Source of the DNA: an uncultured Verrucomicrobiae bacterium
Lineage (GTDB): Bacteria > Verrucomicrobiota > Verrucomicrobiia > Chthoniobacterales > JAFAMB01
NCBI GenBank assembly: GCA_963813025.1
Contig: CAWEXO010000002.1
Location: forward strand, 32,001-96,000
DNA length: 64,000 bases
Direction: 5' to 3'
The translations under genes and the position numbers were made by a program. The notes under the pieces were generated by a model that made no database searches, was not told where the DNA came from, and was given only the letters and a program-made list of their open reading frames with translations. Position 1 is the first letter of the stretch; each line of letters begins with the position of its first letter. This document shows, in pieces, positions 41,085 to 49,321 of the stretch.

Positions 41085-41155
41085 CTGGCATTTGTCTGCC
41101 CCCTTGTGTAGATTTGTAGATTCCATTTCTCTAGCTAGCCAGGCCTCAAAAAATC

Positions 41156-41374
41156 ATGCAAAAACTAAGTAAGCTTGATTCCGCCGAACCGGTTGATGAG
41201 ATCCCGTTAGCTCATCCTGAAATCGTGCGCCTTTATCAGCGAGACGTTGATGTCACCCTGATCAAAGAAAATCTGAAGCTGACACCAGCGGAGCGCCTGC
41301 AGAAGCTCGAAGAGTTTGTTTCCTTTCTATCCGAACTCCGCGCAAACAGGAAACCCCCGGCGCCCAATGAATAA
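41156..41374 (+). CDS. small hypothetical protein, partner of the nucleotidyltransferase
   Basis: RDVDVTLIKENLKLTPAERLQ; overlaps start of next gene. Confidence 0.7.
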   Translation: MQKLSKLDSAEPVDEIPLAHPEIVRLYQRDVDVTLIKENLKLTPAERLQKLEEFVSFLSELRANRKPPAPNE

Positions 41375-41864
41375 TCGGTTCTTCCGCCTCTTGTCGATTC
41401 TGGTAGCGGGAGAGGTTGAATTTGTCTTGGTGGGCGGCGTCGCCGCGAATCTTTTAGGCTCGGCCAAGGCTACCTTCGACATTGATATTGTATACGCGCG
41501 GAATCCCGATAATTTCCGGCGGCTCGCGGCTGCTCTAGCCAGCAGTCACCCTTACCTTCGCGGAGCGCCTCCAGGTCTGCCCTTTCGACTTGACGAGCAG
41601 ACGCTCCGAAACGGATTGAATTTCACTTTGACCACCGACTTAGGAGATCTCGATCTGCTAGGGTCAGTGCCAGGGATAGACGATTTTGAAGAGCTCCGTG
41701 CGGGATCGGATGCGATTCAATTAGGCGACATTGGATTTCGTTCGGCAAATGTCGAAAGCTTGATCGCTATGAAGAACGCTGCTGGGCGGCCTAAAGATCT
41801 CGAGGCGCTTGCTGAGCTAAAATCGATTCGTGAACAGCGCCATCGCGGCGATCGAGCGAAATGA
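41367..41864 (+). CDS. nucleotidyltransferase-fold protein
   Basis: VLVGGVAA..LGS...TFDIDI, DLDLL, LIAMK.AAGRPKD. Confidence 0.85.
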   Translation: MNNRFFRLLSILVAGEVEFVLVGGVAANLLGSAKATFDIDIVYARNPDNFRRLAAALASSHPYLRGAPPGLPFRLDEQTLRNGLNFTLTTDLGDLDLLGSVPGIDDFEELRAGSDAIQLGDIGFRSANVESLIAMKNAAGRPKDLEALAELKSIREQRHRGDRAK

Positions 41865-41920
41865 CTGGTGCCAAATGGCGTTGCGGTGCCTGTGCCAGTG
41901 CCAGTTTACGGCCAACGTTA

Positions 41921-41948
41921 GTCATCGGCTATTGGCTATCGGTCATCG
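41921..41948. repeat. second heptamer array
   Basis: GTCATCG GCTATTG GCTATCG GTCATCG; first 15 bp identical to 41050-41064. Confidence 0.65.
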
Positions 41949-42019
41949 TCCGCACGTCCCGCATTTCGCACTACCATTCTCGTCCTTCCCTGGGCTAACT
42001 TCCGTGAGCCCTTTCACGT

Positions 42020-42661
42020 ATGAAACAGCTTTGCCGATCGCTTCTCCTCATATTGGGCCTGGCACACTGCCTGACAGCTCACGGACAATTTACAGATGAA
42101 CCAAAGCAGTACAGCTATCAAATGGTAACTAATTTCAAGGACGGCCGCTCCGGGACAATGAGGCTCTACGTCGATGGCGACAAGCGGCGGGTGGAGACAG
42201 AAGTAGGTGCTCGTCCGATGATCCTGATCTACCGCGGTGACCAGGGAAAATCGTACGTCATTCTACCGGAGCAGAAAAGCTATATGGAGACGCCTTTGAA
42301 TCCGCAGGTTCTCCAGCGGTTTAAAAATCCCCGGGAAAGGATCAAACAGCGCGGCGGGTCTTTTCAGAAAGCCGGCGTCGAAGAGGTCAATGGCCAGATT
42401 TGTGACAAGTACGCCTGGAACTATACTCGTCCGTCTTCGGGAGTTGGTCACGCCCCGGCTGTTCCGAAACTCCCCTCTCCCTCCGACGTTCGCACCGCCC
42501 CAATTTCGGGCACAACCTGGATCAGCCAGAGAACCCACCTTCCGGTGAAATCTGAAACAGATCGTTTTACGATGGAAACCAGAAACGTGAAGCTCGGTTC
42601 GCCGGATCCTTCGCTCTTCGAGCCGCCCGCTGACTACAAGAAAGTTGGTGCCCCCGATTGA
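42020..42661 (+). CDS. exported DUF4412-like protein
   Basis: Signal peptide, YVDGDKRRVE, GVEEVNGQICDKY, DPSLFEPPADY. Confidence 0.7.
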   Translation: MKQLCRSLLLILGLAHCLTAHGQFTDEPKQYSYQMVTNFKDGRSGTMRLYVDGDKRRVETEVGARPMILIYRGDQGKSYVILPEQKSYMETPLNPQVLQRFKNPRERIKQRGGSFQKAGVEEVNGQICDKYAWNYTRPSSGVGHAPAVPKLPSPSDVRTAPISGTTWISQRTHLPVKSETDRFTMETRNVKLGSPDPSLFEPPADYKKVGAPD

Positions 42662-42718
42662 GGCTCGGGCACTCCAGGACACGCAGTGAATCGGCTTAGT
42701 TTCCGTATCCGCCGAAGC

Positions 42719-42793
42719 TGGTGCGCGATGCAGGGTTCGAACCTGCGGCCCCTTGCGTGTGAAGCAAGTGCTCTACCACTGAGCTAATCGCGC
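42719..42793 (-). tRNA. tRNA-Val(CAC)
   Basis: GCGCGATTAGCTCAGTGGTAGAGCACTTGCTTCACACGCAAGGGGCCGCAGGTTCGAACCCTGCATCGCGCACCA. Confidence 0.95.
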
Positions 42794-42858
42794 ATCTGCC
42801 GCAAGTAGACTACTGATAGGCAAAGTCGCTCGGTTCGCAATCGAAACGTCGGAGAGAA

Positions 42859-43491
42859 TTAAAAACCACCGGGAGAGCCGGAAAACTCTCTCAAGAGAAA
42901 CTCCGCGAGGGCCTGCTTGGTGGTAAAGACCTCTCTCAGCCCGTCCGCCCGGCAAAACCCAAAACCCTCGCCAAAAGCCCGGCCATTGATCACGCAAGCG
43001 TCCGTGCGGTTTTCGAGAATCTGGCGGCGCGCTTTTTCGGTTAACTGATGCCGGTCGCCGTCCAGCTCATACTTCCAGCCGACAAGAATTGCGGAGGGAA
43101 AGAGCGTCCGCAATCGCCCGATCAACTTCGGTTTTGGTCGAAGCTGCAAAACAATCTGGCCAGAGGCACTAGAGAGCTTTCCCCTTCTCTGCCCCGGCGC
43201 GACCCGCCTCACTTCAAAGTCGGCAAGAGCGGCCACATGGAACACCAAACCCACTTCTGGCCGCCCGGGCAAATCGGTCAGCAATCGTTCGAGGTCTTCG
43301 TTTGTCCGGAAAAATACCGCGGCCTCGGCACGGACGATCGCGCCGCTTCCCAGAAAAAGCTGGACCTGGTGTCCGGCCCCGCGAAAAACACGCGCAAGGA
43401 TTACCGCGAGCTCCCCGGTCGAATGATTCGTAATTATCCGAACCTCATCAATGGGTTCGCTGGCTGGACCACCCGTAATAACCACCTGCAT
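42859..43491 (-). CDS. CoaB-like phosphopantothenate-cysteine ligase domain protein
   Basis: VVITGGPASEPIDEVRIITNHSTG, HVAALADF, LVGWKYE. Confidence 0.8.
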   Translation of the reverse strand: MQVVITGGPASEPIDEVRIITNHSTGELAVILARVFRGAGHQVQLFLGSGAIVRAEAAVFFRTNEDLERLLTDLPGRPEVGLVFHVAALADFEVRRVAPGQRRGKLSSASGQIVLQLRPKPKLIGRLRTLFPSAILVGWKYELDGDRHQLTEKARRQILENRTDACVINGRAFGEGFGFCRADGLREVFTTKQALAEFLLREFSGSPGGF

Positions 43492-43781
43492 CTGCTAAAA
43501 TATGGCGAAGAGGGAAATCAGCAGCCTCCTTTTGAAACGGCGCCCAGGTTCCGCTAAACTAGGAAATGATCTCTGGCGCCGCGTCGCTTGTCCTTTCAAA
43601 CACTTTTTCCGAGAAGGCGGTAATCGCGGCGGCCGCCAGCCTGCGAGACCGGGATCGGCGGCAATGCCGCGCTGGGTTTTCTGTTCGCGACTGAAGAGTG
43701 GCTTCCGCAACTAGAAGATACTTTGGAATTGGTTCGTGGCCTGGCAAGCGCAACCGACGGTGAAGCCGTGCCCTTTCGAGA
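43459..43781 (+). repeat. diverged duplicate of the coaB/FIST divergent promoter with internally deleted FIST 5' fragment
   Basis: Aligns to 49214-49491, then jumps to about 49794-49839. Confidence 0.88.
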
Positions 43782-43787
43782 ATTCTC

Positions 43788-45179
43788 CTAAGAAACTAAA
43801 TCCGTGGCTGGGTCTAGAGGCGTGAGTTGGAGTCCGAATTCTTTGGCTCGTCGGCTGAGATTGTGAAGTAGGCGGTCTTTGTATTTTTTCTCGTAGTAGA
43901 GTTGCCCTTGCTCGACATAGGCAGCTCCGAACTTGAGCATGCGATAGAACAAGCGTGCCAGTTTATGAGCTCCGGCGTTGATGGCGGTGGGTGCCCCCAA
44001 TCGGGCTTTGATGCGGCGGATAAAAGCGCCGATGGCCGTCTTACTTTGCATGGCTCCTTGGGCCGCGAGCCGGAACATGGCCGCCGCGCGATTCTTGGTT
44101 TTTCTGGGGCTGGAACTGAGCAGTTTGCCGCCGCTGATGCGATTGTTCGGACAGAGTTTAAGCCAGGAGCAAAAGTGTTTTTCGCTTTTCCAACAGGTCA
44201 TGTCTAAACCCGTTTCCGAAATGATGACTTCCACCGCCAAGGTGCTCAAGCCAGGCAACTGACTCAGATCGACACCACAAACGCTGGCCAGATGCGCTCG
44301 GCGCTGCAGGGCTAGGCGAACTTGGGCCGACCGTGCTTGGGCCGCCCCGCTTTGCTCGAGGGCTTGCTCCAAATCTAGTTTAGTGTCGAATTGCTCAAGT
44401 TGTTGCTCAATCTTGCTTTCGCAGGCGGTGATCTTGAGCTGGTAGGTGTCATAGAGTTCCAGGGCCGTTTGCAAGGCGAAGAGATGCTCGGCTCGGTAAT
44501 CTCCCTGTAAGGCTTTGACGATCTGATCAGTGGATGCTTTCACTTGGGGGTGTTTCATCTGGGCAAGCTTGAGCGGATTGCGTTCTCCGGCCAAAATCGC
44601 CCGAATCATCGCCATGCCACTATAACCGGTGATGTCGCTCAACACGCGGTGCACTTGGATATTCATTTCGGTTAAGGCCTTCTGCATGCGTAACACATGG
44701 CTGCTGCAGTCCTTAACCAAGGTGTCGCGCAGGCGCAGGAAGCTGCGCAAGACGCAGACCTCGTCCTTGGGTCGGAACGAGCCGTTTAAAAGACCAAAGG
44801 TGTGGAGTTGTTGAAGCCATTGGCAGTCCGAGACGTCGCTTTTGCGTCCAGGCAGATTCTTGACATGAGCTGCGTTGACCAATTTTACCTCCAACCCTCT
44901 CTGCTCCAGAATCTGGAACACCGGTATCCAATAAACCCCCGTTGATTCCATCACTACGGTCTCAATGTGGTGTTCGCTCAGCCAGTCAGCCATCCGCTGC
45001 AGATCGCTCGTAAAAGGGCCAAACTTGCGCACCGTTTCTGAGCCGCGGTCTTCGGAAATGGCCACCAGGTGAAAATTCGCCCCGATATCGATTCCTGCGG
45101 CCTTGAGATTGATCCGTTCCAGAACACTCCGGTGAGTTTTTGATTTGTTCTTTCGCTTGGTCGTGGTTTTCTTTGCCAT
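43788..45179 (-). CDS. IS110-family DEDD recombinase/transposase
   Basis: GIDIG, VMESTGVYW, RKSDVSD, CPNNRISGG, AHKLAR. Confidence 0.93.
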   Translation of the reverse strand: MAKKTTTKRKNKSKTHRSVLERINLKAAGIDIGANFHLVAISEDRGSETVRKFGPFTSDLQRMADWLSEHHIETVVMESTGVYWIPVFQILEQRGLEVKLVNAAHVKNLPGRKSDVSDCQWLQQLHTFGLLNGSFRPKDEVCVLRSFLRLRDTLVKDCSSHVLRMQKALTEMNIQVHRVLSDITGYSGMAMIRAILAGERNPLKLAQMKHPQVKASTDQIVKALQGDYRAEHLFALQTALELYDTYQLKITACESKIEQQLEQFDTKLDLEQALEQSGAAQARSAQVRLALQRRAHLASVCGVDLSQLPGLSTLAVEVIISETGLDMTCWKSEKHFCSWLKLCPNNRISGGKLLSSSPRKTKNRAAAMFRLAAQGAMQSKTAIGAFIRRIKARLGAPTAINAGAHKLARLFYRMLKFGAAYVEQGQLYYEKKYKDRLLHNLSRRAKEFGLQLTPLDPATDLVS

Positions 45180-45409
45180 ACCTCTCTTGGGTTAGATGTT
45201 GTTCTTGCTTTCACACTGCAGCGCATCGGCCCGAGTTGGTAGATAGAGAGAAATCTCCTAAACAGGATAGCTCCAGATCGGCAAACAACCCGATCTGGAG
45301 CTTCGCTAATGCAACAACCAAAACGCTCGGAACCAAACTAGCTATCGGGCATAAAGCTCCAATGCCACACCGGTCTTAACTGCCGACCCACTGCTGCCTA
45401 CTTTCTACG
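45180..45409 (-). ncRNA. candidate IS110 bridge RNA
   Basis: Lies upstream of the transposase; 13-bp stem AGCTCCAGATCGG/CCGATCTGGAGCT; internal 13/14 match to the element end. Confidence 0.55.
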
Positions 45410-45533
45410 TCGAGATGCCCAAGGCAATCAATCCAGTGTTTCTTGCCGCAAAAAGAACGCGCAGAGTTCTGGGGAACTAGCTAGATTATCGAGGCGAAGG
45501 CAGCGCTCCTTTTTTTGCATTCCCAAAAGGAAA

Positions 45534-45561
45534 ACCCGCCTCAGAGCCAACTGAGGCGGGT
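45534..45561 (-). terminator. intrinsic terminator of small lipoprotein gene
   Basis: 11-bp stem ACCCGCCTCAG/CTGAGGCGGGT, then TTTCCTTTT on the minus strand, just after the stop. Confidence 0.75.
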
Positions 45562-45584
45562 ACAATTCTCCTAGGGTCGAAACC

Positions 45585-45716
45585 TTATTTGGAGAGACTT
45601 TCTTTACCGGTCGGTGCGGGTGGGGGCGCCGGCGGCGGAGCCTTTTCACAACAGGCAGAGACCCCAAGTGTTGCGGCGGTGAAAGCCGCTAAAATGAAGT
45701 ATTTAACAAAGTTCAT
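45585..45716 (-). CDS. 43-aa proline-rich lipoprotein, copy 1
   Basis: MNFVKYFILAAFTAATLGVSA-CCEKAPPPAPPPAPTGKESLSK; lipobox VSAC. Confidence 0.8.
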   Translation of the reverse strand: MNFVKYFILAAFTAATLGVSACCEKAPPPAPPPAPTGKESLSK

Positions 45717-46351
45717 AGGGCTTAAAACCAGAAGTGGTCAGTGCCAAACTTGCTACTGACGTAAACTTCAAGCCATTTAGGCGTGGGGGACCAACAGGGT
45801 AATCCATCTCTCGTTTTTTCTTGGTTAAGGGATTAATGAAGGACAAGAGGTGGTTTAGCGGAGACGGAAGGAGCGTGTCCAGAATAAATTGCAAAATTTT
45901 TTTGAACATTTTCACTCCGCCGGGTCGCTTTTAAGTTGGGCAAAGTATTTTGCTACAGCGCGCAGGCGCTTTTGTATGTCAGGATGCACCGTGCATTCCG
46001 GCCAGTTCTTCGATCTTTCGTTTCGGGCCGGCCGCTTCTTCAATCTCCCCATTCTACCCAAGCGGAGCGCGAGCTGCGCGATCCTGTCTTTTGTTGCGCA
46101 ACTTGCTGCTCCCATCTAAACGCGCACTTTTGGCGGCCGTCCAAACCGTCACCATTACCGTCACGGTAAGAAGGTCGCGCCTGGTGCCCGTCTGGCATGG
46201 CTTCAACCGCGACCATGCCCGCGCCGCCGTCCGGCGCATCCGCGATCGCGAGGAGCAGTGCCAACTCGGGCGTCTCGACTGGGCCGAGTGGAAAGCGTAC
46301 CGCTATGAAGGTCGCCCGTGAGTCTTGTCCTTGATAGCTCGGGGCACTTGC

Positions 46352-47518
46352 CTAGTCACATGTCTCTTAAATAATAGTGACATTTATTTCTCCTCAAGAG
46401 CGGCCTGCCAAGCGCGCTGGATCTTGGCCAGAATCTCTTCTCCTTGAGCCCTCCAAACATAACGCTTCGGATGGAGATTATGTTGAGCCAGGTATTGCAT
46501 GATCGCCTCAACCAGTTGGCCGACACTGCCAAAGCTGCCGGGCAGGATCGTCTGCTGGCTCAGATCGCGGAAGAAGCGCTCGACCATATTCATCCAGGAG
46601 GAACTGGTTGGGGTAAAGTGCAGTTCGAAACGCGGATGGCGTTCCAACCAACGCCGGACGCTCGGATGTTTGTGAGTGGCGTAATTGTCCAGAATGATGT
46701 GGATGTGTTGGCTCACGGGGATCTCCCGGTCAATGCGCTTGAGGAATTCGAGCCATTGGCGGTGCGTGTGTTTGTGAGCGGTGTGGGCGATTACTTTTCC
46801 CTGCAGGTAGTCGAGCGCGGCAAAGAGGGTGACCGTGCCATTGCGATAGTAATCGTGGGTTTGGGTACGAATATGCCCTTTGCCCAGCGGCAGACCGGGT
46901 TGGCTGCGTTGCAGCGCTTGGATCTGGCTTTTCTCGTCACAGCAAAGCACCACCGCATTCTGGGGCGGATTGAGGTAGAGCCCGATCACGTCCCAAAACT
47001 TCGCTTCAAAGTCCGGATCGGTCGAAAGCTTAAAGACCCGTGTCAGATGCGGCTTGATTTCATTCTCGCTCCAAACCCGCTGCACGGTTGCCTTGGACAG
47101 TCCCAACTCCCGAGCCATTGCTCGACAAGTCCAGCGCGCTTGACCGTGCGGAGGCCGGGTGGCTTGATCGAGGATCTGCCGCAAGACAGCGGCTGCAATG
47201 CGGCCCTTACGGCCCGAGCGCGGCTGATCCTGCAAAGCGGCCAGCCCGCCTTCGCTGAAGCGCCTTCGCCACTTCCTGACTTGGTTATAGTGCATATCGA
47301 CCTCTCGGCCGATGCTCCGATCCCTTTTGCCTGCTGCCGCCAACTGGATCACTCGCGCCCGTTGGGCCAAGCCATGAGGAGTGCTTTGGGCGCGCAGCAA
47401 TTGCTGCAGTCGCTGCTCTTCAGCCGAACTCAATTCCACTTTTCGCCGCGCCCGCTTAGCCATGCAGCCAGCGAAGCATTTTTCTCTTAGAATGTCACTA
47501 TTATTTAAGAGACACTAG
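46352..47518 (-). mobile_element. IS630-family insertion sequence
   Basis: Perfect 24-bp IR TGTCTCTTAAATAATAGTGACATT (46361-46384 / 47491-47514); CTAG at both ends. Confidence 0.9.
46384..47463 (-). CDS. IS630-family transposase
   Basis: CDEKSQIQ, YYRNGT, LDNYATH, PTSSSWMNMVE. Confidence 0.93.
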   Translation of the reverse strand: MAKRARRKVELSSAEEQRLQQLLRAQSTPHGLAQRARVIQLAAAGKRDRSIGREVDMHYNQVRKWRRRFSEGGLAALQDQPRSGRKGRIAAAVLRQILDQATRPPHGQARWTCRAMARELGLSKATVQRVWSENEIKPHLTRVFKLSTDPDFEAKFWDVIGLYLNPPQNAVVLCCDEKSQIQALQRSQPGLPLGKGHIRTQTHDYYRNGTVTLFAALDYLQGKVIAHTAHKHTHRQWLEFLKRIDREIPVSQHIHIILDNYATHKHPSVRRWLERHPRFELHFTPTSSSWMNMVERFFRDLSQQTILPGSFGSVGQLVEAIMQYLAQHNLHPKRYVWRAQGEEILAKIQRAWQAALEEK

Positions 47519-47765
47519 ACTAGATCTACAGCGACGAAACCATCGATGCGATTCGGCAGTTGTTCGATGCCAGCGCCGACCCGCGGTCGGACTGGCTGGC
47601 GGTCATGCCCGCAGAAGCCCAGCTTTTCGCGCCCGGGTCCGACCAGAAACCACACAAAGCATTCCTGGCGAAGCTGGGCGAGATTATCACGTCGGCAGTG
47701 AGGCCAGCCGCCTGATTCGCTCAAGAACGCGGGAGCGATCATGATAAGTTGACTACACGGCGGGA

Positions 47766-48432
47766 GGAACTCTAAATTATCGAGGTTAAGGCAGCGCTCC
47801 TTTTTTTGCATTCCCAAAAAAGGAGAACCCGCCTCAGAGCCAACTGAGGCGGGTACAATTCTCCTAGGGTCGAAACCTTATTTGGAGAGACTTTCTTTAC
47901 CGGTCGGTGCGGGTGGCGGCGCCGGCGGTGGAGCCTTTTCACAACAGGCAGAGACCCCAAGTGTTGCGGCGGTGAAAGCCGCTAAAATGAAGTATTTAAC
48001 AAAGTTCATAGGGCTTAAAACCAGAAGTGGTCAGTAGCGCCAAACTTGCTACTGACGTAAACTTCAAGCCATTTAGGCGTGGGGGACCAACAGGGTAATC
48101 CATCTCTCGTTTTTTCTTGGTTAAGGGATTAATGAAGGACAACAGGTGGTTTAGCGGAGACGGAAGGAGCGTGTCCAGAATAAATTACAAATTTTTTTGA
48201 ACATTTTCATTCCGCCGTGTCGCTTTTAAGTTGGGCAAAGTATTTTGCTACAGCGCGCAGGCGCTCTTGTATGTCAGGATGCACCGTGCATTCCGGCCAG
48301 TTCTTCGATCTTTCGTTTCGGGCCGGCCGCTTCTTCAATCTCCCCCATTCTACCCAAGCGGAGCGCGAGCTGCGCGATCCTGTCTTTTGTTGCGCAACTT
48401 GCTGCTCCCATCCAAACGCGCACTTTTGGCGG
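47766..48432. repeat. about 660-bp direct repeat, copy 2
   Basis: Near-identical to 45473-46136. Confidence 0.93.
47878..48009 (-). CDS. 43-aa proline-rich lipoprotein, copy 2
   Basis: Same peptide as copy 1; two synonymous Pro-codon changes. Confidence 0.8.
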   Translation of the reverse strand: MNFVKYFILAAFTAATLGVSACCEKAPPPAPPPAPTGKESLSK

Positions 48433-48563
48433 TGCCTCCGCCTCTTCTAGGGAGACAATCTCTTGACGGCCGCTTTTTTCCTTGGAACGCCTACAAATCG
48501 CGACCACTTTATGGTTATCGAAGGCTGCCAATTTGTGATTCAATTTTAGTCGCGTATTAACCG

Positions 48564-49208
48564 ATGAACCTAATAATATTTCTTCTCCTGGCGCTCGCGA
48601 CTCCGGTATTTGGCCAGTTGAAGTGGGAGAATCCTGAACAGACCTTGACCGCAAACCCGCTGGATAAGGTCATCGTCGCCAAGTTTCGATTTACCAATGT
48701 CGGAACTACGTCTGTAAAAATTACCGACATGCAGCCATCGTGCGGGTGTACGACTGCGTTCTTGGAAAAGAAGGAGTACGCTCCCGGGGAAGCCGGGGAG
48801 ATTGAGGCGAGGTTTAAGCCTGGCGGCCGACGCGGCCGCCAGGAGAAGTGGATTGTCGTTAAAACGGACTGGGTTCCACCGCAACCGACAATTCTGCGTT
48901 TCACGATCAACATTCCCGAAGCGATTTCGATCCAGCCGGAGCTCGTTTTGTGGCGCATCGGTGATCAACCGAAACCCAAGACGGTTCGGATTACGATCCC
49001 AGACGGGATCCCGGCAAAGGTTGTTTCAGTGCAAGCAGACAATGCAGCGGTGAAGCTCGAACTTCGTGAGATCCGACCAGGCAAAGAGTTGGAGGTAAAG
49101 GTTACGCCGACGACCACCAGCCAGCCAGAAAGCGCCAACCTGCTGATCCGAACCGATTATCCTCCGGAGAACCCGGCGACCCACTATGCGTATGCGCGAG
49201 TGAAATGA
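48564..49208 (+). CDS. exported DUF1573-domain protein
   Basis: Signal peptide, FRFTNVG, PSCGCTT, YAPGEAGEI. Confidence 0.85.
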   Translation: MNLIIFLLLALATPVFGQLKWENPEQTLTANPLDKVIVAKFRFTNVGTTSVKITDMQPSCGCTTAFLEKKEYAPGEAGEIEARFKPGGRRGRQEKWIVVKTDWVPPQPTILRFTINIPEAISIQPELVLWRIGDQPKPKTVRITIPDGIPAKVVSVQADNAAVKLELREIRPGKELEVKVTPTTTSQPESANLLIRTDYPPENPATHYAYARVK

Positions 49209-49321
49209 GGATTGCTGGCTGGGTCGCCCGTAATAACCACCTGCATCGTGCTAAAATATGGCGAAGAGGGAAATCAGCAGCCTTCTTTTGAAACGGCGCC
49301 CAGGTTCCGCTAAACTGGGAA

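Larger units (their letters stand above)
43782..45409 (-). mobile_element. IS110-family element with long 5' non-coding end
   Basis: Transposase plus 230-bp upstream region; TCGAGA at both junctions (43776-43781, 45410-45415); no TIR seen. Confidence 0.8.
45473..46136. repeat. about 660-bp direct repeat, copy 1
   Basis: Near-identical to 47766-48432. Confidence 0.93.

Noticed and set aside
42719..42793. tRNA-Val or tRNA(CAT) as an integration site for an island
   Set aside because: No duplicated tRNA 3' end and no integrase seen in the window.
45912..46115. 67-aa minus-strand ORF within the 660-bp repeat
   Set aside because: Frame is broken in the second copy and no family is recognisable; the 70-aa ORF 45703-45915 is likewise unsupported.
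46137..46351. GC-rich coding-like fragments either side of IS630 (also 47524-47715)
   Set aside because: Possibly 3' gene remnants, but no start or family could be assigned.
46444..47490. 348-aa plus-strand ORF, and the similar ORF 4642-5421
   Set aside because: Antisense shadows of IS630 transposases with no motifs of their own.
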